Of a DNA stretch of 64,000 nucleotides, positions 36,962 through 45,084 are shown one piece after another; the stretch's first letter is position 1; each line of letters begins with the position of its first letter. The position numbers and the translations under genes are program-made. The notes beneath the pieces are model-generated. The model was given only the letters and a program-made list of their open reading frames with translations. It had not been told where the DNA came from and made no database searches. The stretch comes from Thermoplasmata archaeon (lineage in GTDB: Archaea > Thermoplasmatota > Thermoplasmata > Lutacidiplasmatales > SKW197), in NCBI GenBank assembly GCA_026414225.1, contig JAOAJK010000005.1:10609-74608 (forward strand), given 5' to 3'.

Positions 36962-37105
36962 TGCGGTTGCCGGGATTCGAACCCGGGCTAGAGGCTTTAC
37001 CCGAACCTTTCTTTTTAAGAAAGGTCATACCCTTTCTTTGATAAACCTTTCTTTTTAAGAAAGGTTCCTGGGAAGCCTCAGTCCTAACCACTAGACTACA
37101 ACCGC
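36962..37105 (-). tRNA. intron-containing tRNA (canonical 37/38 intron of ~72 nt; anticodon CCC, tRNA-Gly by hand fold)
   Basis: Reverse complement GCGGUUG-UA-GUCU-AGUGGUUA-GGAC-U-GAGGC-UUCCCA | intron GGAACCUUUCUUAAAAAGAAAGGUUUAUCAAAGAAAGGGUAUGACCUUUCUUAAAAAGAAAGGUUCGGGUAA | A-GCCUC-UAGC-CCGGG-UUCGAAU-CCCGG-CAACCGC-A. All stems pair perfectly. The isotype depends on the hand fold. Confidence 0.75.
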
Positions 37106-37107
37106 AT

Positions 37108-38232
37108 CTATTTTTTCACGGTTTTCTTCATTGCAGCCCTGCGTTTCTTGAACTGTTCAATAATGATTTTTTTGGATTGCTCCTCAAATTGTTCCGGCGT
37201 TTCCTCAAGGAGTTTCTCTATCTCGGTAACATCATAGCCCTCTGCCTTCCAGTCATCAATTCTTTTCCTGTACTCCCGGTACTTCTCCTCGCTTATTCCG
37301 GGCTTTGCCTCTGCCTTCTTTGTCTCCTCCTTCTTGGCTTTTTCATCTTCAATCAACCCGCCCAGAACATCTTCCAATGATTTTTTCTTCAACTCCTCTT
37401 TCTCAACTGTTTCAATCTCGGTTATATCCAGCGAGATTTTTTTCTCCTCTGCCACTTCTGGAATTTCCAACTTCTTCTTCTCTACAGGGGCCTCAATCTC
37501 CTCAAGTTCATCGAGGGACAGCTTTAACTTCTGCTCCTCCACCTTCTTCTCCTCCGGCTTCTGTTCCGGTTGAGGCGCCTTTTCCGGAGATTTTGCCTCT
37601 GGCTTCTGCGCATCCTTTTTCTCCGCTTCTTCCTCGACTGCCAGCTCCTGGATGACCTCATTCACGAATCTGCCCAGTCCATCCGTAACTTTCTCATACT
37701 CCAGACGGATAATCTCGTCCTCAACAGAGGCATCGCACACGGGACATCTATCCAGAGTAATTTCAATTCTGGTTTTACAGAACGGGCATGATAGGGTTTT
37801 CCCGCCCGTCTTCTTCATGAGAATATATTCCTCAAAGACAGTTGCAGTTCTCTCCGCACCTTTCAGTTGCTGGTTTGAAAGCATGGAGTAGATTAAATCG
37901 GAGAGGGACCGGATGCCCGAGGCATCGTAAAGTTTCTCGGCTACCTCCTTCGTTATCCCGGGCACCATCTGAAACTCCCTGATGACCTCCTCCCGCGTTT
38001 TTGGTTTCCTGTCCTTTTTATAATTATCTGGCAAGCTCCGTATGAGTTTTCGCACATTTTTCTTCTTTTCTGTATCCTTTACTTCCACACCTAACTCCAT
38101 ATTTCCACCCAGTGGTTTCTTGTCCGGAAATAGCGTCTTGCATTTCTCGCAGGTCTTTGCGGAGATGTGGTTCGGGTGCCCACACACTGGACATTCAAAG
38201 GTTTCGTTGAGGAGGTCAATCTTGAGAGGCAT
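37108..38232 (-). CDS. zinc-ribbon / helix-hairpin-helix / zinc-ribbon protein with long Glu/Lys-rich C-terminal tail
   Basis: 374 aa. CPVCG..CEKC; HhH (MVPGITKEVAEKLYDASGIRSLSDL); CPFC..CPVC; then about 170 aa of E/K/P low-complexity ending in a basic tail. Confidence 0.65.
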   Translation of the reverse strand: MPLKIDLLNETFECPVCGHPNHISAKTCEKCKTLFPDKKPLGGNMELGVEVKDTEKKKNVRKLIRSLPDNYKKDRKPKTREEVIREFQMVPGITKEVAEKLYDASGIRSLSDLIYSMLSNQQLKGAERTATVFEEYILMKKTGGKTLSCPFCKTRIEITLDRCPVCDASVEDEIIRLEYEKVTDGLGRFVNEVIQELAVEEEAEKKDAQKPEAKSPEKAPQPEQKPEEKKVEEQKLKLSLDELEEIEAPVEKKKLEIPEVAEEKKISLDITEIETVEKEELKKKSLEDVLGGLIEDEKAKKEETKKAEAKPGISEEKYREYRKRIDDWKAEGYDVTEIEKLLEETPEQFEEQSKKIIIEQFKKRRAAMKKTVKK

Positions 38233-38297
38233 TTATCTCCTAATTGCTACCCCGTATTTTAACTTTTTCAAAACAATTTCTCCAACGGAAGAAACTC

Positions 38298-40238
38298 TCA
38301 CCTTCTCCTGAAAAATTTTCCAGCAACTTCCTCAATGTCCCTGATGACATTTGCCCTGAAGTCCTCGGGTAAATACTTCCGGTATCTGGAAAGGCTGAAT
38401 CTCGTGTCCAGCAAAAAAATTATTCCCCTGTCCTTCTCGCTTCTTATGCATCTCCCCGCGGCCTGGAGCACCTTGTTAAATGCCGGGCAGAGCCGTGCGT
38501 AGGCATAGCCCTTTTCCTCCCCGTACTTCTCCTTAAGAAACTGCTCCAGCGAAAGGGTTTCGAGCGAGGGTGGCGGTATCGGAATCCCTGCAATAATGAC
38601 CGCGGAGAGCAGATTGTCCCTGAAATCTATGCCTTCCGAGAGAGAACCGCCGAGCACTGCATGGAGGACCGCACCGTCCTTTCGATGCTCCTCCAGCGCC
38701 TTCAACATGCTGATTTTCTCTGCCTTTGTCATCTCCGAACTTTCATAAAGATGCAGCTTGGCACAACTGGCTTCCACATGCCTGCAGATGTCTGCCATCA
38801 TCTGGTAGGAAGTGTAAAAAACCGCCGTATTGCCAGGCACACTGTTACCGACCCTCGCAATCGTTCTCCCGTATTCCCTGTACATCTCCTCACTCCTTGC
38901 ATCGTACCTCGATGTGAGTTTTGGCAAAGAGACCAGCAGACGGTTTTCAGGCGGGAAGGGTGAAGGAAAATACCGAAGCACCGCTCTCTCCCCAGGGACG
39001 CCCAGCAACTCCCTGTACATCTCGAGGGGGTAGAGGGTTGCGGACATCACAATCCCTGCAGGAGAATGCGTGAATACCCTTGCCCCGATTCTGCTCGTAT
39101 CCAGCATCTCGCACACAAAACCCTGGGGTCCAGCAAACCTCAGCATTCCCTTTTCCTCAGCGTTCCATCTTCTGATGAAATCCACAATGTTTTCCAGATA
39201 CGGCTCCACCACCCCCTGCTTCTCAAGGAAGGCATTCAGGAGTTCGATCTTCTCCAGGAACTCAGAGAATGATATCCTGGCTAGCCTTGTTCTGCAGGCC
39301 TTTTCGAAAATCTCCTCAAAGAACTCCCGCTCAAGTTTTGTCTCCCCGTCGAATTTCTTCTCTGAGAGAATGTGATGAATTTCCCTGAGCAAACCGGCAA
39401 TTGCTGGCTCTACCTTTGCCACCTCCTTTGCCGCCTCGCCAAAATCCTCGGCTCTGAGAATTCTGGTGTAGTTTGCCCGTATTCTCTCCGGAAGATTGTG
39501 GGCCTCGTCAATCACGACCACGATGTTTTCCACGCTTATCCCGAGTTTCTGGAGCACGATTTCGCTTATGTCCGAAAACAGATAGTTGTAGTCACATACA
39601 ATCACAGTCGCATCCTTTCCCACCTCTGCTGCACAGAGGTAGGGGCAGGACTTCCTCGCAATTCCATGTTTGATTATCTCGTCTACATCCATCGGGAACT
39701 CCCTTGCCTTTCTCACAATCTCACTGGATGTTCTTGCAAACTTGCACGAGTGGGTGCGCAAACTCGCACTGCAGATTTCCTCAAAAAATCTGGAATTCTT
39801 TATGTTCTCGGCAATGCACATGCTCCTCTTCCCGATCATGTCAGCAACCACCATCTTTGGCTCCTTCTTCCGCATCCTGGCAAGCGTATCTATCGCAATT
39901 TTATGCTGCGACTGACGGGATGTCATGAAGAAAACGATGCACCCGTGCTCCAGCCCGTATTCTACGCTCGCCGTGAGGGCTACCGCTGTCTTTCCCATCC
40001 CTGTCGGGGCATTTGCCATCAGAAACTTACCTGCAGAAACCGCAGCCCTCGCCTCGTTCAGAAAATCCTTCTGGACAGGGCGTAAATTTTCAAATGGAAA
40101 AAGGTTTCTTGCACCCATTCCAACATCCTTTTCAGGCACAGCTACCTTCGTTCCCTCACATTTCTGGCAGGCAAACACAACCTTGCGCCCTCTCCTCACG
40201 GGTTTCAGCAAACTGTGGCACTTCTCACAGAACATCAT
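38298..40238 (-). CDS. ATP-dependent DNA helicase, XPD/Rad3/DinG (SF2 Fe-S helicase) family, with N-terminal zinc ribbon
   Basis: 646 aa. N-terminal CEKCHS..CQKC; helicase motif I ANAPTGMGKT; motif II VVIDEAHNL; a four-Cys Fe-S insertion (C..C..C..CPYLC) between motifs I and II. The start overlaps the aIF5B stop by 4 nt. Confidence 0.82.
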   Translation of the reverse strand: MMFCEKCHSLLKPVRRGRKVVFACQKCEGTKVAVPEKDVGMGARNLFPFENLRPVQKDFLNEARAAVSAGKFLMANAPTGMGKTAVALTASVEYGLEHGCIVFFMTSRQSQHKIAIDTLARMRKKEPKMVVADMIGKRSMCIAENIKNSRFFEEICSASLRTHSCKFARTSSEIVRKAREFPMDVDEIIKHGIARKSCPYLCAAEVGKDATVIVCDYNYLFSDISEIVLQKLGISVENIVVVIDEAHNLPERIRANYTRILRAEDFGEAAKEVAKVEPAIAGLLREIHHILSEKKFDGETKLEREFFEEIFEKACRTRLARISFSEFLEKIELLNAFLEKQGVVEPYLENIVDFIRRWNAEEKGMLRFAGPQGFVCEMLDTSRIGARVFTHSPAGIVMSATLYPLEMYRELLGVPGERAVLRYFPSPFPPENRLLVSLPKLTSRYDARSEEMYREYGRTIARVGNSVPGNTAVFYTSYQMMADICRHVEASCAKLHLYESSEMTKAEKISMLKALEEHRKDGAVLHAVLGGSLSEGIDFRDNLLSAVIIAGIPIPPPSLETLSLEQFLKEKYGEEKGYAYARLCPAFNKVLQAAGRCIRSEKDRGIIFLLDTRFSLSRYRKYLPEDFRANVIRDIEEVAGKFFRRR

Positions 40239-41989
40239 AGCCCCCAGAAACTGTTCTCTCTCTTCTTTATTTCCACAATCTTAGCAAGGGCCTCCGATTC
40301 CTCAAAGCTGAGCGAGACATTCCGCAGTTCCCTGTATTCATCCTCAGTGATGCTGGTGTAGAGTATGTCTCCTTCGTTTATCTGCCTTCCGACTGTCGGT
40401 CCCTCGATTGAAATTGCAACTTCCATTCCCATTATGGCCTCGTTTATGGGCTTATTCTCGCTCTGGATGCTCCTAACCCTCCCCACAACGACACCATCCT
40501 CGCGCATCAATGGCATGTTCTGTCTTAACCTGCCTGCAAGCACCCGCACACCCACAATTGCGGGCTTGCTCACCCTGAAGATACAGCCGGGCAATATTTT
40601 TATTTTTGCCGGGTAGGTAATACTCTTCCGTTTTTCCTCCTCCAGTCGCTGTCGCTCCTCGTCCCGCCATTTCTCATAGTCCTCAATCAACTTGTAAACG
40701 ATGTTCCCCCCGATTATCTTCACGCCCTGCTTTGCCGCCTCCGCAGCCGCCTCCTCCTGAACCCTCACATTGAAGGCGAGGATCGCCCTGTAAAACGGGT
40801 TCCTGTTTGTGCCTGTCTCAACCACATCATGCTTGGAAACGCTCCCGATTTCCGCACGCTTTATCGGAATATTCGCAACCTTGCACTCAAATCCGAGGGC
40901 CTCGATCGAGCCCACCGCATCCGCCTTCACAATGATGCCTTCCTCTGCCACCTCTATTGTCGGCTTCAAGCTTTCCAGCAATTCATTTCTGTATTTCTCA
41001 AAATTCTCGGGTTTGTCCAGGACCCTGATTATTGTTCCCGCAATCACCTCATCAAGGTTCTGGGCACCGATCCGCACCCCTGCCGCCGCAGATACCATCT
41101 TTTCCTGCCGGAAACGGTCCTCCGGGTCCCTGATTTCATCAAGGGGTTTTGGCCTGAAGATGGCCTTGACCTTGGTCGAGACCACACCATTGCTCGTGCA
41201 TACCAGAACCGTATCCCCCACCTTCAGTATCCCCTTGTAAATTATCACATCAATGACCCTGCCAAGTCCCTTCGCCTCCTTCACCTCAAGCACGGTGCCT
41301 TCGCACCCATCTTCGGGCTTTATCTCAAGCTGGTTCTCGAGGAACCGCTGGGCAAGTCCGACAAGAACCGTGAGCAGGTCTGGAATTCCCTCGCCGGTTT
41401 TTGCACTCACCGGAACAATCGCGATGTTCCTCGTGAAATCCGTGATTCTATCATACCTGTCTGCAGAGAGCCCCATGTCGCTCAGCCTGCCGGCAATCTC
41501 ATATATCCTGGCATCAAGTTCCTGAATGGCATATTCGGTCTGCTCCTTCACGGAATGGATAAAGCAGGCCTCTCCACTCCTCCAGCCAGAAATAAGGTCA
41601 ATCTTGTTCGCACAGACCACAAACGGGGTTTTGTATTTCTTCAGAATGTTGACAGATTCTGATGTCTGGGGCATGAAGCCCTCCCTCACATCCACAACGA
41701 GAATTGCGAGGTCTGCAAGGGCCCCTCCCCGTGAACGCATCGTGATGAAGGAGTGATGGCCTGGTGTGTCGATGAAAAGGAGCCCTGGAACCTTCAGTGC
41801 CTTTTCATTTACCATTTTCCCGCAGATTCTGGCAATCGTGTCCGTCGGGATTTCAGTCGCACCTATGTGCTGGGTAATCAGACCTGCCTCACGCTCCGCT
41901 ACGCTCGTACCCCTTATCTTGTCAAGAAGCGTAGTTTTTCCATGGTCCACATGGCCCAGGACACTCACAATCGGCTGTCTTATTGGCAT
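40235..41989 (-). CDS. infB: translation initiation factor aIF5B (IF2-type GTPase)
   Basis: 584 aa. GHVDHGKTTLLD (G1), DTPGH (G3), NKID (G4) and beta-barrel domains. Confidence 0.93.
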   Translation of the reverse strand: MPIRQPIVSVLGHVDHGKTTLLDKIRGTSVAEREAGLITQHIGATEIPTDTIARICGKMVNEKALKVPGLLFIDTPGHHSFITMRSRGGALADLAILVVDVREGFMPQTSESVNILKKYKTPFVVCANKIDLISGWRSGEACFIHSVKEQTEYAIQELDARIYEIAGRLSDMGLSADRYDRITDFTRNIAIVPVSAKTGEGIPDLLTVLVGLAQRFLENQLEIKPEDGCEGTVLEVKEAKGLGRVIDVIIYKGILKVGDTVLVCTSNGVVSTKVKAIFRPKPLDEIRDPEDRFRQEKMVSAAAGVRIGAQNLDEVIAGTIIRVLDKPENFEKYRNELLESLKPTIEVAEEGIIVKADAVGSIEALGFECKVANIPIKRAEIGSVSKHDVVETGTNRNPFYRAILAFNVRVQEEAAAEAAKQGVKIIGGNIVYKLIEDYEKWRDEERQRLEEEKRKSITYPAKIKILPGCIFRVSKPAIVGVRVLAGRLRQNMPLMREDGVVVGRVRSIQSENKPINEAIMGMEVAISIEGPTVGRQINEGDILYTSITEDEYRELRNVSLSFEESEALAKIVEIKKRENSFWGL

Positions 41990-42085
41990 AGGTATTGGTT
42001 ACTATAGGCACTGAATATAATACATTTTCTGTGGACTGCGGCTAAAAAGGAAACTTTTTTACCTCGGTCGTGTTCTCAGTGCTAG

Positions 42086-42712
42086 ATGCAGCAGGATGTC
42101 AAGCCAACGAGGTCCGAACTCATAGAACTGAAGAAGAAGATTGACCTGGCAAAGAAAGGTCACAAACTCCTGAAGATGAAGCGAGACGGGTTAATTTCAG
42201 AGTTCTTCAGGGTACTGAAGGACGCGAAAAACCTGAGGACGGAGATCGTGGAGGTTTACAACAATGCCCGGCATCTAGAGGCAATTGCTGAATGTGTGGA
42301 CGGAAAAATTGCGGTGGAATCTGCGGCGATGGCCCTCAAAAATATTCCGCGGGTGAGTATCAGACCTATAAACATAATGGGTGTGAGTGTGCCCCATGTG
42401 CTGAGCACCGGTGAGGGAAATGTGGGAACGGTTTCTCCCCTCGGCACTGGAGTTATTGGCACGAGCACCAGCATAGAGGATGCTGCCAGAGCATACACAA
42501 ACCTCCTTCGGTTGATAATAAAGGCGGCCCAGTACGAAACCGCACTGAGAAGATTGATCGATGAAATAGACAAGGTGAAGCGGAGGGTGAACGCACTGGA
42601 ATTCAGGGTAATCCCGGAACTCACGGAAAAGGAAGCGATCGTGCGGATGCACCTGGAAGAACTTGAGCGGGAGAACATTTTCAGATTAAAGATGATGAAG
42701 GGGGAGAGTTAA
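42086..42712 (+). CDS. atpD: A/V-type ATP synthase subunit D
   Basis: 208 aa. MQQDVKPTRSELIELKKKIDLAKKGHKLLKMKRDGL.. is the canonical subunit-D N-terminus. Confidence 0.88.
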   Translation: MQQDVKPTRSELIELKKKIDLAKKGHKLLKMKRDGLISEFFRVLKDAKNLRTEIVEVYNNARHLEAIAECVDGKIAVESAAMALKNIPRVSIRPINIMGVSVPHVLSTGEGNVGTVSPLGTGVIGTSTSIEDAARAYTNLLRLIIKAAQYETALRRLIDEIDKVKRRVNALEFRVIPELTEKEAIVRMHLEELERENIFRLKMMKGES

Positions 42713-42818
42713 ATATCTCCAAGATATACCTGCAAGTACGAGGATCGTTGCAGCATATCCAGGGAAGCGCGTCTTCGCAAAGCACACGCATAGAGGTGTT
42801 GCCTTCATCGCAAACAGT

Positions 42819-43541
42819 TTGCTCTTTCTTGTGGGCACCCAGTTTATCTCGGTGATACTTCTCCTGATCGGGATTCTGTCTGTGCTCTCCAACCCGGACA
42901 TCACGATTGTGCTCGCAACAATCCTGAATGTGATGTCATCTAAGAATCCATTCATATTCGTGCCCGCGGTTCTCCTCTCCCTCTTCAGCTTCCTGAGCTA
43001 TCTCTTCTTCTTCATTGGCTGGTTCTTTCTCGTGTATGGTGAAAATGAGATTCCCTCTGGTTTTCCGCATAGCGTTGGGAGGGGCTCGATTTTTGCCTTC
43101 TTTTACCTGATCGTTTATCTCGTCAGGGTATCGGTTTCCCTGTTCTCCCTCGCAGGCTTCGGAACGCTCATGTATATTCAGGAGATTTTTGTTGGTTCTG
43201 GTTTGCTGTTCAACATAATCGATGCGATCCTGCTCTCCCTCTCCCTCCTATACTTTGCTAGGGCCAACGCCTACCCGACAACCACCTACCACATCAGAAA
43301 CACTGGCTTCATGTATGTGGGGGGTGCGGCCTGTGCTGGCATCGGCTATACCACTCTCATCTGCGGCATAATTTTTTCAGCTGTGAGTGGACCTCTGGTT
43401 GTCGCCGGTCTCGTGCTTCTCTACCTTGGCTTCGGTGTGATGATTGCCTCACTTATAAAACTCCATGAGCTTTACTTTGTGATTGTGAAGAGGATCGAGG
43501 ACGAGGATTACATCCACAAACCATCAGGAGAGGGGCCGTGA
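42819..43541 (+). CDS. integral membrane protein of unknown function (about 6 TM)
   Basis: 240 aa, hydrophobic throughout, acidic C-terminal tail (EDEDYIHKPSGEG). Confidence 0.5.
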   Translation: MLFLVGTQFISVILLLIGILSVLSNPDITIVLATILNVMSSKNPFIFVPAVLLSLFSFLSYLFFFIGWFFLVYGENEIPSGFPHSVGRGSIFAFFYLIVYLVRVSVSLFSLAGFGTLMYIQEIFVGSGLLFNIIDAILLSLSLLYFARANAYPTTTYHIRNTGFMYVGGAACAGIGYTTLICGIIFSAVSGPLVVAGLVLLYLGFGVMIASLIKLHELYFVIVKRIEDEDYIHKPSGEGP

Positions 43542-43563
43542 TTGCTTCCGTCAGATTTCCACA

Positions 43564-44817
43564 TTATTCCGTTGTGTCTTTCAAAAACATGAGGAGCCTG
43601 AGTTCCTCCGGTGTAAACCGCGTGTTCTCCAGCAGGATCCGCTCGTTGTTCTCTGCCAGTGCCTTCAGAATTCCGGGCATTCCCTTCGTAAGCATCAGTA
43701 TCTTCCTCAGGTTTTCCTCCGAGATTTTCTCGTTTTTCAGAATCTTCCTTGCGTCTGGTTCCTCGAGACCCTGCAATCTAATCTCCACACCATGGCCCTC
43801 CTCGATGTCCTTTGCACTGTAGCACCACATGTAGGCGGGTGTGTCCGAGCGCATCGTGAGAACGAGCTTTATCCTCGAGCCGCTCCTTATTCCTTTAATC
43901 ATGCTGGAGAGAATGTCCACAATTTCATCGTTCGCATGCTGGTAATCATCTATGACAATCACGCTTCGGGTGTGCTCAATTTCAATGCAGAAGATTCTGA
44001 GAAATTCTTCAAGGTCAATCTCCCTGCTCCCGCTTAACAGGTCCTCCAGTGTTTTCTTCCCCATTTCGGCGAGAAATTTGGCGAGCCCGCTCAGCAGGTG
44101 CCAGCCCGTGTCGTTCTTCCTGAGGGTGTACCAGAATATGTTGGAATTTTTCTTCACGCGTTCCAGTCCCCTGTAAGCAAGCAAACTTTTCCCGGCACCC
44201 CAGGGTCCGGTGATTGAAATAAATCTCGGCTTGCTGGAATTCAGAACCGATTCAATGATTGCGAGCTCCTCGTCCCTGTTGTAAAATTCTCTTGCCTCTG
44301 GCACCGAATACCAGAGTTCCACATATCGCTTGAGTTTCGGCTCTGGCTGCTCTCCAATTCTGCTGGCATCGACGATTTCCGCCGAAGAAATCGATTTTAC
44401 TGCAGTGAAGAAATTTCTGGAGGGCCCCAGGATTTCCTCGACACTCTTCTCGACAATCCCGCTACCCTCCTTGACAGGCACTTTCACTGCAAGAATTTTC
44501 TTCTTCAGCATATTTGCTTTGCCCACACCATCGGGTGTCAGAAAATAAACCCTCACCTTTCGCGGAATCCCCTCCACCCTTCCAAACCTTTCCTCAACCA
44601 GACCTTCTCCGATGAGCTTCTTTACGGTTCTGGGCACATGGGCAGGGAGGATGTCTATGCCCTCGGCAATTCCTTTCTGGGTGACCCCGAACGGGTAGGT
44701 GTGCCTCTCCCTGAACCGTTCGTACTCAAGAAGATAGAGTAACACTCTCTCTGAATATGTGAGCTTGATGTGGTGTTCGAATGCTGCCATCGGCGGAGAT
44801 ATCTGAATAGTCATCAT
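43564..44817 (-). CDS. winged-HTH plus arch-ATPase (STAND-like P-loop) regulatory protein
   Basis: N-terminal wHTH (YSERVLLYLLEYE...VTQKGIAEGI...VKKLIGEGLVEE); Walker A ISITGPWGAGKS; Walker B SVIVIDDYQHANDE. Start placed at MMTIQISPP (ATG 44817). The ORF-track N-terminal 75 aa lies in AT-rich promoter sequence and is rejected. Confidence 0.7.
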   Translation of the reverse strand: MMTIQISPPMAAFEHHIKLTYSERVLLYLLEYERFRERHTYPFGVTQKGIAEGIDILPAHVPRTVKKLIGEGLVEERFGRVEGIPRKVRVYFLTPDGVGKANMLKKKILAVKVPVKEGSGIVEKSVEEILGPSRNFFTAVKSISSAEIVDASRIGEQPEPKLKRYVELWYSVPEAREFYNRDEELAIIESVLNSSKPRFISITGPWGAGKSLLAYRGLERVKKNSNIFWYTLRKNDTGWHLLSGLAKFLAEMGKKTLEDLLSGSREIDLEEFLRIFCIEIEHTRSVIVIDDYQHANDEIVDILSSMIKGIRSGSRIKLVLTMRSDTPAYMWCYSAKDIEEGHGVEIRLQGLEEPDARKILKNEKISEENLRKILMLTKGMPGILKALAENNERILLENTRFTPEELRLLMFLKDTTE

Positions 44818-45084
44818 AAAGGTTTCGCAACGCAGAAAATTATATAGGGTCTGTTGTATTGTTGGACCCGGAAAAGAATGGATAAACAGAATGGTCCCAG
44901 AAGATAGAAAATATAGTGATATATATAAAAATGATATTAATAAAATATATTGGATAAAACTGCATCCCCGAAAAATATATATATGCGTATGCCCATTAAT
45001 TAGAATTGACGGACTGATGTCGGACAAAAGATGGGATGCCATCTGACAAAAACAAAATAAAAAAATGGCCAGAAGGAGGCAAAC
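44818..45084. promoter_or_regulatory. AT-rich divergent intergenic region (wHTH-ATPase <-> smc) with multiple TATA-like tracts, a 6-bp-arm palindrome AGATGG-GATG-CCATCT and a duplicated TGG(A/T)CCC(G/A)GAA motif
   Basis: Runs of ATATATATAAAAATGATATTAATAAAATATAT and AAAAATATATATATGCG. SD GGAGG lies 6 nt before the smc ATG. Confidence 0.35.

Noticed and set aside
39372-41662. + strand ORFs 39372-40085 (237 aa), 40829-41662 (277 aa) and smaller ones
   Set aside because: Antisense to the XPD-like helicase and aIF5B genes respectively. No motifs and odd composition.
44818-45042. N-terminal 75 aa of ORF-track protein 43564-45042 (MASHLLSDISPSILINGHTH...)
   Set aside because: This part lies in the AT-rich promoter region and is Ile/Leu/Phe/Tyr-rich from A/T codons. 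The homologous wHTH begins at MMTIQ (44817), so it is treated as 5' non-coding.
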